This document shows, in pieces, positions 15,001 to 21,488 of a stretch of 64,000 nt of DNA (positions are counted from its first letter, which is position 1; each line of letters opens with the position of its first letter). Source of the DNA: a bacterium (GTDB lineage Bacteria > Patescibacteriota > Minisyncoccia > Phycocordibacterales > UBA1006); the NCBI GenBank assembly GCA_043771175.1, contig JAYVHO010000006.1, forward strand, positions 9,800 through 73,799, read 5' to 3'. Below the pieces are notes generated by a model. It worked only from the letters and a program-made list of their open reading frames with translations. It searched no databases and was not told the origin of the DNA. The position numbers were made by a program, and so were the translations under genes.

Positions 15001-18000
15001 TAACTACATTGTTTACAATTGCATTTTTTTGGACTCTCCATTCACGCGATGTACGAGAGTTGGTAGCTGTTGGGATTCCGGTAGCTGGCATATCAGTTAC
15101 AACAATAGTTGCAGCTGGTGCGTTGGTTGATCCAACAAACATAAATTCTTTATCGTCAAGAAGTCCGGTGCTTTCTGCTTCTGTGGTAAGGAAAGAAACA
15201 GCTTCACCTTCTGCTTTTGATTTTGTATTGGTCAAAAGGAGTGCATTGTCTTTTGCAATTGCATGAACGTTATATACATAGTCATCACTTGCGGTTGTTG
15301 CAATATTTGCATCAACTACGTTTGATGTATTTGCGCTGATGTCAATTCCTTCTGAAGCATCAAACACAACTTGATTTCCTGATGAAACGTAATCACGTCC
15401 TCCGGTGCGGTATCCATCAACTGAAAAGTCCATATCAGTAGCGGCTGCAACCGTATCTTGGTTGATCATGGTTCCATTTGCGTAGTGGTTATTAGTAGTA
15501 TCACTATTAAGCACTAATGTTCCGCTTGCAGGTTTAACATGAATTACATAAGTGGTTCCAGCAGTTACCGCAAATCCAGCGTCAAATTGAACAGTAGCCG
15601 TAGTGTTAATTGATGGATTAGTTGGAAGGGTTGCTACTTTGTTTGTTTTTCCAACTCCAGGGTTTCCTGCAGTACATGTTGTAGCAGTTGCTGAAACTGA
15701 TGCATCACATAAATATACAGTTGCAGATGGTGCAGAGTTAGACGTTGATACTGTAAAACTTACTGAATTTACCGTTCCAGAATAATCAGCGGTAAAGGTT
15801 TGTCCAATAGAACCGGTATTTGTAGCTGATGTAGTAGTGTTATTGTATGCGTTACTTGCAAAGTTGGTTCCTTGCTGAGCAAGGGTAATACCATACTTAA
15901 TTGCCAAATATGATTCAATTCGTTCTCGATTTGATTGTGAAAGTTGCTCTTTATACACAATCATTTCTGAAATTGAACCAAGCCAAGTATCATTATTACC
16001 TCCAATATGAAAATTACTGGTGTTCATACTGGTCATATCCCACACGGTAGAAACAGAATTGAATCCGTTGGTTCGCATATTTACCGTTGAATCTGTTCCA
16101 CCATTCCAGTCCCATGACTGAAGCATTCCAGCACCCGGAACCATCATTGGATATCCATAGGTAGGGTTTGGAGTAGAAACATTTGAAAACATTGCAGGAC
16201 GTTCTGCTAATGTTCCAAGTATAAGAGTATCATTTCCAAGCTCTACAGCACTATCCCAACTAGATGTCGATGTGTCGTGTTTTCCAACAACAAAGAGTGA
16301 TCCAGCAGAAGTTGCGGTTGGAAATATTGTATTAGTACGATACAAAAGATCATCTCCGTCAAAATCAAGAGTTGGATGATAATTAACCGCTTCAGAAGTA
16401 GTTGCATCACGATATAGAGGTCTACTTGATAACGTAGGGTGTTGTACTGTATTTTCTAAAATTGAAGCATCTTTCCATGTATATACTGCTGATCCATTGG
16501 TTGTAGGTGTGGTTCCTCCGGCATCGGTATAGGTGTCTTTATCAGCTCTCCACCATCCAACAAGATTAGCATCAGGTACTTCAACAGGGTTATCGTTTGC
16601 AATTCCCCATGTTCGTCCTTCATTAAACACTTCAATTCCATCTGTATTAACAAAAGAAAGCCCTCCGATGGTGTAATACATTGGCGAAACATCTGGTGCA
16701 TCATAGGTGTATGAAATCGTAAGAATATCACCCGCTTGTGCAGCAACATCTTTAACGGTGATTACCTTTCCGTTATTTTCTGTTGAAATTTCTGTTGAAA
16801 GTGTTGTATCGTCAGCACTTACCTCTTCGGTGCCTGAGAAAATATTTTCAATAACATTTTGAATTTGCTCAATTACGGTTGGTGCTTCTACTGTTTCTGG
16901 TGCAACTTCAGGAAAAGTAACTTCACTACTAGCCACAGGAGCTTCTACGGTTGCAGGGGCAACTTCAGTTGAAGAAGTTGTTTCGGTAGTTACAGATGGA
17001 GCTTCAGGTGTAATAACTACGGTTTCTCCAGCTGGGATTTGTTCAATAATTGCAGGAAGGGTAACTTCTGGTGCTGTAGTTTCTGCAGGTGCTACCACTT
17101 CAGGAGTAGATGCACGAGAAATTACTGCAGTAACACCTTCTATGTCAAAATCAGCAGGTGCAAGCTCCTTAATAGAACCCGTAAAGTCTTCTCCAAAACG
17201 TACTGTCACGCTTGCTGGTGACTTACCGATAGGATACAGACGTGTTGCAATGATTCTTTCAATGGTTGCTTTTGCAGATTCTGCAACTACTACGGTTTTG
17301 GTAAGAGTTTTTGCTCCGCTTCCGTTATCAGTGGTAAGGTTAAAAATATAGGTACCTGATTGTCCAAAAATATAGTCATAGGTATAATCTGCAACCGTAT
17401 TGTTTGAGTCAAAGGTTACACATTTACCAGTATCAATAGGAGTAACGGTTTCAGTTGTTCCTGCAGGTGTAGTGATTGAAAGCGAATTAGTTGCTTCGCA
17501 CACTGGTGCTCCTGCATCATCAAGTACACCAATTGATATATTTCCCGTTTCACCTACCGTATAGGTATTTTGATCAAGGTTCATTGAAAGAACTCCCCAG
17601 GTAAAATCTTGTGAAAATGTTTCAACTTCGCCGGTAATAGGATTTAAAATTGATCCAGCAATGGTATAGGTACCAGGTGCTGCATCGCGAAGTGGAAACG
17701 CCATAATTACAGAACCTACTTCAAATGAAATATCTTCTGCTGGAATGGTGATGATTTGAGGTGCAGTAGTTGGTGCAACTGGTGCAGTTTCTCCATCTAC
17801 AGCTTCTGGAGCAACTTCTTTTTGAGTTGCTGTAAGGGTAATAAATTTACCAATGTCATTTGAGTCATTGATAAGGTCATCTGCTATTGCATTTACCTTT
17901 GCGGTATCGGTGCCAATGTCAGAGTAATCAGAAGGGTCAACTTCTGTGTTAGTGTTTAAAATATTTCCAATAGCACCAGAAATTCCAGAATTAGCTTCTG

Positions 18001-18694
18001 GGTTTGGGGTATTGATTTCTTTCTTGGTGGTAGTGATTCCAAGAATGGTTGCAAATGCTTCGGTGTCAGAAAGCTTGTCACCTTCATTTTTACCAACGAA
18101 GTCAAAATCTGCGATTTTTATTTTGATTTGGTTATCAGCAATTACTGATACTGGTTGTGGATTGATTACTGAATCAAGAATTGATACATCAGTGTTTTCT
18201 GGTGTAACTTCTGGCACAACAGGTGTGTCAGTTGGTGGTGTTGTAGGTGTAGTGGTGTCAGCAGGGACATTGGCGGGAATATCCAATGGTGGCGCATTCG
18301 GTTCTGAACCCGTGACCGACTGGTCTGCAGAAGTTTCTGTTACAGGATTAGTGGCAGGAACTACAACTTCTGAAGAAGAAGTATTGTCCGCAGGTGTTGC
18401 GTCAGGAGTGGTTGCAACCGCAGCAGGAGCCTCAGCAGATGGAACAGTCTCTATTGTTTGTGGTGCAGCATTTAATGTTGCATCTTGTCCGTTATCAACT
18501 GAAGAGGTGTCTGCAGATGGAGCAGCAGCTTCTTGTGCGTAAACTTCGACAACGGGTAAAAAAGAAGTAACCAAAAAACTTACCGCAAGTACGGTAGAAA
18601 GTACCTTGGTTAAGGTAGACGCAGAAGTAGTGGTAGTCTTTTTACCACGGATACTTTTGGTACTTGATTGAAAAACTTTAAAGAATGAATTCAT
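1..18694 (-). CDS. Giant secreted repetitive surface/adhesin-like protein (>6,230 aa, 3' end outside window): signal peptide, Pro/Thr/Glu-rich linkers, nine LamG-like 'SYLAxKYG' repeats with PA14-like, beta-propeller and 'GQxxTA' inserts
   Basis: ATG at 18694 (MNSFFKVFQ...LAVSFLVTSFLPVVEVYA|QE). The same frame reads sensibly at the window edge (...DDGTNGDVTANDSVWTIQNVDFQTLTNAQE, codon 2-4). No track ORF lies in this frame, consistent with no stop before position 1. I translated large parts by hand, not every codon. Confidence 0.93.
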   Translation of the reverse strand, partial: MNSFFKVFQSSTKSIRGKKTTTTSASTLTKVLSTVLAVSFLVTSFLPVVEVYAQEAAAPSADTSSVDNGQDATLNAAPQTIETVPSAEAPAAVATTPDATPADNTSSSEVVVPATNPVTETSADQSVTGSEPNAPPLDIPANVPADTTTPTTPPTDTPVVPEVTPENTDVSILDSVINPQPVSVIADNQIKIKIADFDFVGKNEGDKLSDTEAFATILGITTTKKEINTPNPEANSGISGAIGNILNTNTEVDPSDYSDIGTDTAKVNAIADDLINDSNDIGKFITLTATQKEVAPEAVDGETAPVAPTTAPQIITIPAEDISFEVGSVIMAFPLRDAAPGTYTIAGSILNPITGEVETFSQDFTWGVLSMNLDQNTYTVGETGNISIGVLDDAGAPVCEATNSLSITTPAGTTETVTPIDTGKCVTFDSNNTVADYTYDYIFGQSGTYIFNLTTDNGSGAKTLTKTVVVAESAKATIERIIATRLYPIGKSPASVTVRFGEDFTGSIKELAPADFDIEGVTAVISRASTPEVVAPAETTAPEVTLPAIIEQIPAGETVVITPEAPSVTTETTSSTEVAPATVEAPVASSEVTFPEVAPETVEAPTVIEQIQNVIENIFSGTEEVSADDTTLSTEISTENNGKVITVKDVAAQAGDILTISYTYDAPDVSPMYYTIGGLSFVNTDGIEVFNEGRTWGIANDNPVEVPDANLVGWWRADKDTYTDAGGTTPTTNGSAVYTWKDASILENTVQHPTLSSRPLYRDATTSEAVNYHPTLDFDGDDLLYRTNTIFPTATSAGSLFVVGKHDTSTSSWDSAVELGNDTLILGTLAERPAMFSNVSTPNPTYGYPMMVPGAGMLQSWDWNGGTDSTVNMRTNGFNSVSTVWDMTSMNTSNFHIGGNNDTWLGSISEMIVYKEQLSQSNRERIESYLAIKYGITLAQQGTNFASNAYNNTTTSATNTGSIGQTFTADYSGTVNSVSFTVSTSNSAPSATVYLCDASVSATATTCTAGNPGVGKTNKVATLPTNPSINTTATVQFDAGFAVTAGTTYVIHVKPASGTLVLNSDTTNNHYANGTMINQDTVAAATDMDFSVDGYRTGGRDYVSSGNQVVFDASEGIDISANTSNVVDANIATTASDDYVYNVHAIAKDNALLLTNTKSKAEGEAVSFLTTEAESTGLLDDKEFMFVGSTNAPAATIVVTDMPATGIPTATNSRTSREWRVQKNAIVNNVVTVDPAMGTFKLTFDLDAMNISPANVSGFRLVVDDNGNFASGTQTVYPTSGEPTYNSTDNSVSFTGVSLVDGQYFTMVLPRTAPGGVTSGLRAWYKADAGTFTTTANTTVATDGASMASWKDQSGNGFNLTTQQANPEFRSATNTLAINYNPVVDFEDAENDILTTTATNLLPTGTTLSNWETYNVASQETQGTVSHSGLWGGQGTNFILSLSNTTLYHDSGTTVSVPHTTLGTVLGQPYLYNTADYSTGSFIGQQIQQNGKTVAQNASYSPITPSTAAMNFGSYTTSEQNFDGAVGEMVFYNSQHTAAEINKINSYLAFKYGITQVGGELQLTNNQDALVSTSVGQVFTAKTNAAITNVSFMTRSATANSSNLNLYICTGAIVSNPNATNVAACIASPAYSQAVGTVTYGAGLSGLLSVVPVSTKFTISITTPYTVAAGTSYALVLGDTTAAGKTVALRSNSTDIYPGTGNTAFNAAGSLSPNDLYFEYTTNSPTYFASNGSTMMWNKDLSGASTHNLGIAGVGRDDVSGLLKYKTTSQSVTGSPIIEVVNQNSTTVADMEFLSVGGDSAAVGVQNSELPAAGLPVYTNGRIVREWQVQKIGDVGTVNVSLDLAAHNAGATDMSQVRLLIDADANFAAGATISPITPTVSGTVITFSGVAFANGDYFTIALPNNAQAPGGVASGLKLWLRADKDVYTDTLGTTAATAGTDVALIKDQSGNGNNFSDGLSGGIPRLIVDANANYQQTLQFCGVNASTNFVFGNNTCAAESDNLYDANGILGTGTTYTNSSKYFFYMSDEQGTNDWLLSENTTLSADGFATIALQTGPNYYSRLGDATTNEVIVSAANIGMSDHTYYLTSEVGSTTNDGDGTIGQRVKKDGRVFTNSLDATQVSFAGTGTQMVLGATASNTSSMTGRIGEVITYAQGSIQTAAETQRIESYMALKYGKTLSNVDTLSSIDEGKYILSDGTTTVWDGSLTGGIAGADAAFHYNVAGLVRDDISALDQRIARSINNDNTMSIALDNNFTAANSDTVARPTQLATNKQAIMWGHNGGTQYFDTAVTTTNTNTRMNRVWKVKMTGLASRAVNIQFSNPSVMRLKNGQQYVILESATANMASPTELATATAVASGTTSLVTFAGVTLTTAKFYSLATKMIAPGGVTSKVINGVRSQIYIDNTWSDSFVSPTNWYANDALALENVGTGTSFAAPIMTSYADHIQGTNLGSVANGQWDDNYAEEFNGYIVIPTTGTGYTFTLDAGSATGNVDDAAQLWVDINADGLLDDTERIINIGSVSTATSASLTLTTPSAGLMRFRLRHKENATTDSIGISWTKTGTGAFARTALDSDDFRVEAPLAMWFKADAGAYDDYWTTKADPAVDNDKVNTWENSALVPNNDLVDAVTFVDGTGANYNSATGASGINFNPSLNVTSASLGIFTNARNTNATNGNQDANDYFGWTNGLAYMGGANTSFVVGMDPTVTASSEMFYSYGYDNGAGATNTSTTTFGRELTSGQLEIGQSSSNTANSYTGVIQSNVPFMFTGTTAAVTNPVGAVDSTVQTTYGYGLQRGTGTNTQRLHLGVSTRLYEVGDYADFGGHNFNGNISEIIHYPAQLSGTERYKVESYLAMKYGTTLLPFDRANGIETVVEGDYLSSTGAVVWDGNDTSVAATSFTGGHTKALNTENTQMSDVRFNTVTTAGCPSLGSCMYTSGTTTSGKVYQYTLSTPYVVSTAVYASKQFTVNAEVATPTALAFSNDGTKMYVAGAVGVVYQYTLTTAFDVSTAQTYAASGSKSLTIPSTTSVGMTFNNDGTKIFVLQGGNDFVYQFNLATAYDISTGVNSGITFDASNQDSNTNGLAFDATGTRMYIVGYTNDFVHQYVLTTAFDISTAIQVARFAVGTQDGQMAGIAFNPSGSIMVLVGNLSTTAVYDYDIPLVSIGVNALYSNEVTAIAQDNASGLLQLKSKSQMKNGMITIGTPSSLGDGDFLIVGNNGQDASTFISTGAYDGLGTATGYQRLNRSWKTQVTSTPGTVKIEVDTNDTDLDLPNITGPDGKLYLLGDITATGNGFADETPVVMYDDGTNGDTSANDNVWTAQTVTLVNTEVFTFGQKTPAAPGGVSTGLNLWVNAGSKVYSDTGSTLTTNGQSVRQWNDLSGNSNNMSQSTVGQRPIFAGSTSANAINFQPSLTFDAVDDNLQLAGSTSILSNVTNGRIFSMVTKPNLTGTWTSLFEQGAGNTNDPMFGIYDTDPVWYDNSASNRTSSIPMPAANTPFMLGFKWNTPGVGVGVTASVNGISETLAGFNNTFGAGPTKIGSENTETWDGNIAEIMSYNVEPSVTEVKKIRSYMAFKYGTTWLQPGDAQILNNVNMTIAADQGQQITAPSTGYINEITLKTGITTANGATGTLSICAGAVLASACAAAPAYSQSVTNIPTAVSTVFTIPLNTAFPITAASLYTFVLSTTSGTNINLIAQNTNAYAGGTATFASSVFAGDLFFTYSMTSPDYLASNGTTKMWDTTVAGTYNQDIAGFGKDTGSDLLTTKSKQQSINGIVTIAANVPADLADLEFVSISNKNSGFTTGWTTTAAPSGYQRIGTSAGQREWFYQENGDGVTTLNLSVDTTDTDSNISEVNGTDGKLYFLYDQNNDNDLLDATDLAPMYDDGTNGDTTNGDGIYNIQINLATATEFTFAQITPAAPGGVSGNLRAWYAADQDVTTVSDNDSNSLLDVNYWKDQSGNQIDMGMSTVSAYPDLYTGASAGAYNYNPTLLFDGSNDRLQDMDGDGPIGLISNAESFGADNLDTYTYIVSQTNSTVSSTLFHQGLSGGKKYQADSIVSGREYLFSGNATCSNAASSGCMYVNYYDSGNVLQRPYISTYGTQTTNATGKFIRKNGKVMISNSTDEIGKNVNDTTAISGTSDDFEIGAAEGTQYFQGRIAEMVFYVGNNSGQTDLEQTKIQSYLALKYGMTLSNVDPSGNGAAGSNDNDLFAGGFGEGDYILSDGTTSVWNGHTDGDDTGDSVGAEQATIVGGVAVSYHNDVAGIGRDDAGGLNRKIAHGVNDDDIVTMALDNHFFIANNDPTRTQMNANKTWLVWGNDNGSRFFDTPITHGSVNLRIGRTWKTKTTGTITTNPYVRIGGSSARAIDLIPGQTYTLLTDADGVFDSGSTAIATAIPQFKTAADVSTLYLDFGQVNFSTNAYFTVATYQSAPGGVVADYMPGLRVEAYNEFPSGNTSATDNENSIGKDSPYSVPHMMWYTSDFANIDDASISNIGLSNEEGSMEVYGQMNMTDTTQKVFNYTGTTNDMFSLWIDDQPIITGVATANSEGVYTPTSTGWKNVRVKWSNRGGTGDFNLTWKNNASTCSGSCINIPNNLLRVYAPQTAWYKAGTKMFTDTTGAAATTTDGTHIIRWDSVSPIINAAGRTDGGNTYENDSVNLVNGNPIINNNSDKFLVGTNVSSSLESTRTIYTWGLPMMNAARTLYSAVTAATPTATQFLFTYGDDVTPTARYPYGTENAAGEIRVRDHQINNMEVTPGTIEQQSANTPFTMGASYSGGDSAATTTNTNSIWGNGKRTAYLTTNISMQTNDQLELRINGSNYDTADWTGRVGEHILYPWELTSVQRQKVDTYLSLKYGTTYIGGEDQLSLNATNTASTNVGQVITASVTGGINNITLQTGATANAAGGTLHICTGAVAMATCIASPISATHYSQVLTTIPTALNTNFTIPLTTPYEVIAGTQYTFLITAPTNVFLRIQSSDVYLGGNQAGFGTQDLYFDVDIKPDLVNGSGTTIWSYDTYHNYVTGIMKDNASALEQLSSLSTANTSTLGNGGIVRISKATLANNDALIIGDNNGSATTWTSSATIPSGYMRPGTASSVIEWRAREIGTAANNYTIAVNLENTQGTGSRNLPDVTALNNTLYTIFDSNEDGLLTDEVLGTGILAMNDDGINGDTTANDRIYSLSNVALDDTNKFTFAQNTLPTPGAVSTGIMAWYKANKGVYSDVNGTTPAVDGNSMNRWNDMSGNDKWMQMYSTAPTYRTTTAANPSTTTNTAINFNPVMYASGDGYAMQVPGARGGVLGTNTYNDVYAYVVVNNLDLSGNEDIYNHANTGTALNFRLGVSNTTTRLTNSAGTTLDSTNANAGTNTLTPYIWKTQVKTTGGNRMSIARNGAELTSSASGSAVTGNNGVSYLGVSNGWYNGGIAEAIYYGADQSSGTSQQKIESYLAIKYGITLNKGIDQNLQNDSNGGSGQTVGWGQTFTASATGQIGSITLQTNSSGTQNSGPGTLYLCNGASATSGTCIASPVYTQAFTAPTTASTVYTVQLTTPFNVTSGSAYTMVFGQTTGSFYNRFQSTSTYSGGTLLTSVGTQPTQDIYFAANYLANDYVLSNGTSKVYTALNNAYSQSITAIARDDAADLSQLKSRSVNATAIWTLGNGNNLSTPSTFSADLSGASIASNGADARVWTTTGAPTGKQVITRNWKFEKTGTVGTVTLAINTENTNSSNISDIPTISSANGILYLVVDDEAAATANFTDETGGTVIPMFDDGTNGDQTAGDKVYTINNLTLASGQYFTVAQNIPPAPGGYSTGMKAWYKADTGVYSDTGATVPAVQGTNQAVRWLDLSGNNKTLVAANIPDYQNATSSQAINFNAAVDFVGGNNEYMDVPASIGGILNADTYNDLHLYMVSAADSSGENNEMLNQTGMNGSGYFGIRGISQGGANHYIYGTSAQSVNFGNAGTTFPSTHMWHMYNKTTGPDEVSLLRDNKVMITYPVASPMTSTNAYTRLGGGQFAYSDQKMGEIIVYAGDNTSGDINQRIESYLALKYGLVMDQTVPTDYIASDSTTKMWSSDSLVTEATYVNDIFGIGRDDASGLSQVKSKSRSQADTGIITLSTTSGTIPTDKSFMTMADNGGSASFVTGQAPTGYQILGKRWQVQQPSSDIGNVTLQIDVNDSQFNIANASNFSLMIDTDNNGTYFNESVSNGGVYPLYDDGTNGDVTANDSVWTIQNVDFQTLTNAQE

Positions 18695-19069
18695 AATAAT
18701 GTTGTTTTATAAAGTGATTTATAAATAGTTTAATAAATAATTACATCTACAACGATGTGCATATATTGTAACATTTTGAATACAATCTATTCATATAAAA
18801 TTCATAAATCACCATGTTGATAAGTGATATTTTTCAAATGATTTGCATTTTAAATTTTCTCTTTTATTACTCATTTGCATAAAATTTTTTAACAACATCT
18901 TGTCCGTTAGAAATAATTTATTTATCAGATTAACCGCTCTAACTAATTCTTTTTTGAAAAGCTTCATCCTAATTAGTTTTTGTTATCACCATGTTTTTGA
19001 ATACAAATTAATCACAATATACCAAGCTGGAACAAAACACTTTTATAGACAGTGCATAGGCGAGATTCA

Positions 19070-19101
19070 TAAAAAATGCAGCTGACAAGCTAAGCATTTT
19101 T
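19070..19101. terminator. Intrinsic terminator-like hairpin
   Basis: AAAAAATGC-AGCT-GACA-AGCT-AA-GCATTTTTT. Confidence 0.5.
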
Positions 19102-19110
19102 TATACTAAT

Positions 19111-19220
19111 CGAGTCCGAGCCTAGGGCGGTAGACCCGCTGTCCATGAAAGTGTTTTGAGAAAGCGCAGGCTTAATTACGCATCAACATTTAAAAACACC
19201 ACATTGCTGTGGTGTTTTTA
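19111..19220 (+). ncRNA. Candidate ~105-nt structured small RNA, family not recognised
   Basis: TATACT at 19102-19107, three stems with G-U pairs, then terminator TAAAAACACCAC-ATTGCT-GTGGTGTTTTTA (19191-19220). Confidence 0.4.
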
Positions 19221-19266
19221 AAAATCTGGATCCAGTTATATAACAGGATGACAGTCAATTATAATT

Positions 19267-19902
19267 TTATTTAAATACAAATACTGGTGTAAATTTCAAT
19301 GTATCTTTTGCGTCAGGCATTGCAAGTGAAGTTTTTGGATCAATATTTATCTCTCCAGAAACTTTAATGTTGTTTTCATTAACTTTTTCTACATACATTC
19401 CAGATGCCAATGAAACAGTTTTTCCTCCGGCATTAATGGTGTAAGAAATTGTAAATGCATCGTCAACAGTGTTTGGTAAAACCAAACTTGCTTTGAAATT
19501 TCCCTTAGAATCGCCGCTCAAGAATTTTTGAATGATTGATTTTACTGGAGTTCCCGTTGAGGTTAAATCATTGAGATTAAAATTAACATCAAATCCTTCG
19601 ATTCTTCCGGTAGCTAAAACTGAAAGATCACCATTCCCCATTGATATGGTTCCTGACTCTGTTCCGTATGACCAATCAATCTTTGAAGCAGATTTATCTA
19701 AACTAAGATTTCCTGATTTAAAGTTGTTACGTGGTGATGTTACCACCTCTTTTAATTCTTTCGATGATTCAATTTGCTCTTGAAGAGTTTGTGGCGTTAA
19801 TCCACCTTGCTTTTTAGTTACGATAAGAACGATAACAATGGCAAGGATAATAACTCCCAGAACAATTGCAATAATTTTTTTGTGTTGCTTTATTTTTTCC
19901 AT
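19267..19902 (-). CDS. Membrane-anchored protein, weakly YceI-like
   Basis: N-terminal TM helix, then 'LDKSASKIDWS...GTIS...GDL'. Start moved to MEKIKQ, which has TATAAT 6 nt upstream. Confidence 0.6.
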   Translation of the reverse strand: MEKIKQHKKIIAIVLGVIILAIVIVLIVTKKQGGLTPQTLQEQIESSKELKEVVTSPRNNFKSGNLSLDKSASKIDWSYGTESGTISMGNGDLSVLATGRIEGFDVNFNLNDLTSTGTPVKSIIQKFLSGDSKGNFKASLVLPNTVDDAFTISYTINAGGKTVSLASGMYVEKVNENNIKVSGEINIDPKTSLAMPDAKDTLKFTPVFVFK

Positions 19903-19909
19903 AAAAATA

Positions 19910-20581
19910 TTATACATTAGTTTTATAAATTTGTGCAAATGTTTTACCTTCACCAAAAATATTATATACCAAAGCTCCAACAATTCCCCCAATAACTGGT
20001 ACTAACATGTACACAATATTACTGTACAGACCTACTGCTAATGCAAAGTTTGGATTAATAAACCCAAGTGAACCAAACAGCGCAGAAACAATCATTGCAC
20101 CGTAGATGGTAAAAATAAATGGAATCATAGCATTGGTATCACTATTTTTTGTGTGTGCCAAATAGCTAGAAATTCCAAGCACCAAAATGAATCCTCCGAT
20201 AAATTCTGCAAGCCCTGATTCAAATGATAATTTTGCAAATCCAGTTATACCCTTAAGGCGTTCTGCGATTTTATCAATAATCAACCATGAGGTAAATCCC
20301 GCAAGTGCTGCTGCGGCAAATTCAATTGCTAAAAGTGCAGCACCAAGTCCAAGGCTTACTTTTTTAACAGCAATATTTGCAATGTTAATTACTGGGTGGC
20401 CAAAAGAAACAACATATTTTTTAAAGGCAAAATATAAAATTCCAAAGATAGTTGCTGATATGACATGAACAAATACCGAAGGAGCTCTAAATAATGCAAT
20501 AATGGTAATCAATGAAACAAGATATGCCATTAAAAACTCAACCGCATATTCTCTCCATGTTACTGATTTAACTGAAATCAT
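19910..20581 (-). CDS. Divergent major intrinsic protein (aquaporin family)
   Basis: Two AEF/VEF boxes (REYAVEFL, LAEFIGGF), about six TM segments, NPA-equivalent motifs HPV and NPN. Confidence 0.75.
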   Translation of the reverse strand: MISVKSVTWREYAVEFLMAYLVSLITIIALFRAPSVFVHVISATIFGILYFAFKKYVVSFGHPVINIANIAVKKVSLGLGAALLAIEFAAAALAGFTSWLIIDKIAERLKGITGFAKLSFESGLAEFIGGFILVLGISSYLAHTKNSDTNAMIPFIFTIYGAMIVSALFGSLGFINPNFALAVGLYSNIVYMLVPVIGGIVGALVYNIFGEGKTFAQIYKTNV

Positions 20582-20711
20582 AATAATTTAATAATCTAAG
20601 ATTCACGAATTACTTGTAATACTGAAAGTATATCACCTATTTATTTTCACCTGCAAGATTTATGGGCAAATCTAGTAATTTCCCACACTACGGTGTTATA
20701 CTATTTTGTAT

Positions 20712-21470
20712 ATGAATAAAACAAAAAGCATTCTTACCACATTATTAAGTTTTATTAAGCGCATAAAAATTACCAAAAGTGTTGGAATTGCTATTGCAGC
20801 AACGGTTGTTTTATGTGCCATTATTATATGTATTATTGATTTTATTTCACCAAAAAACATTGTTGGAATTCAACAAAAAAAACACATTTATTTACTTGAC
20901 CCGTCAGCAAAATCACTTATGGAAAATGATTATGACCCAGCCACCTTTGTTCCACAGATTTTCACAGCACCTTCAAATCAAGCGGGAAAGACCGTAACGG
21001 TTAATTATTGGACTTCAGGTACTGATGAAAAGCTTGATAGTGCAATTATGGATAGTGTAGGCAACTATGCAAAATCACTTACAACCATTTCAGAAGATAC
21101 CGTATTTACCTCAGAAGTAAGAGCCTTTAAAGAATTAATCTTCCTTACCTTAACTTCACAAAATACTGCAATAGTTAAAACGCTTATTTTTGATGAAAAA
21201 GGTGAAGTAAATCCAGAAAAACTCCTCAGACCTGGATTTGAAGGAGTAGTAATTGATACCGTAAAAGGAAAGCTTTCAGCTGACTTTGGTGTTGACCTTA
21301 CAGTTGGTGATAAGCTTGCCAAAGATGCATTACGCGATAAAACATACCGAATTGCATCAAATGGGCTTATAGTTATTATGCCAACAGCACTTTTACCAGA
21401 AACATTACGAAATACTCCTTACTATGAAGTATTAGTACCAAACTCAATAATTTACGACTATCTCAACTAA
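20712..21470 (+). CDS. Membrane-anchored hypothetical protein, C-terminus DUF3298/RsiV-like
   Basis: TM helix near the N-terminus; C-terminal 'YRIASNGLIVIMP...YEVLVP'; extended -10 TGTTATACT upstream. Confidence 0.55.
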   Translation: MNKTKSILTTLLSFIKRIKITKSVGIAIAATVVLCAIIICIIDFISPKNIVGIQQKKHIYLLDPSAKSLMENDYDPATFVPQIFTAPSNQAGKTVTVNYWTSGTDEKLDSAIMDSVGNYAKSLTTISEDTVFTSEVRAFKELIFLTLTSQNTAIVKTLIFDEKGEVNPEKLLRPGFEGVVIDTVKGKLSADFGVDLTVGDKLAKDALRDKTYRIASNGLIVIMPTALLPETLRNTPYYEVLVPNSIIYDYLN

Positions 21471-21488
21471 TTTATTTATCTGTCCATT

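Noticed and set aside
832-18542. Dozens of short track ORFs on both strands
   Set aside because: Antisense or out-of-frame shadows of the giant minus-strand gene
19141-19150. Hammerhead ribozyme suggested by GUC and GAAA
   Set aside because: No CUGAnGA core
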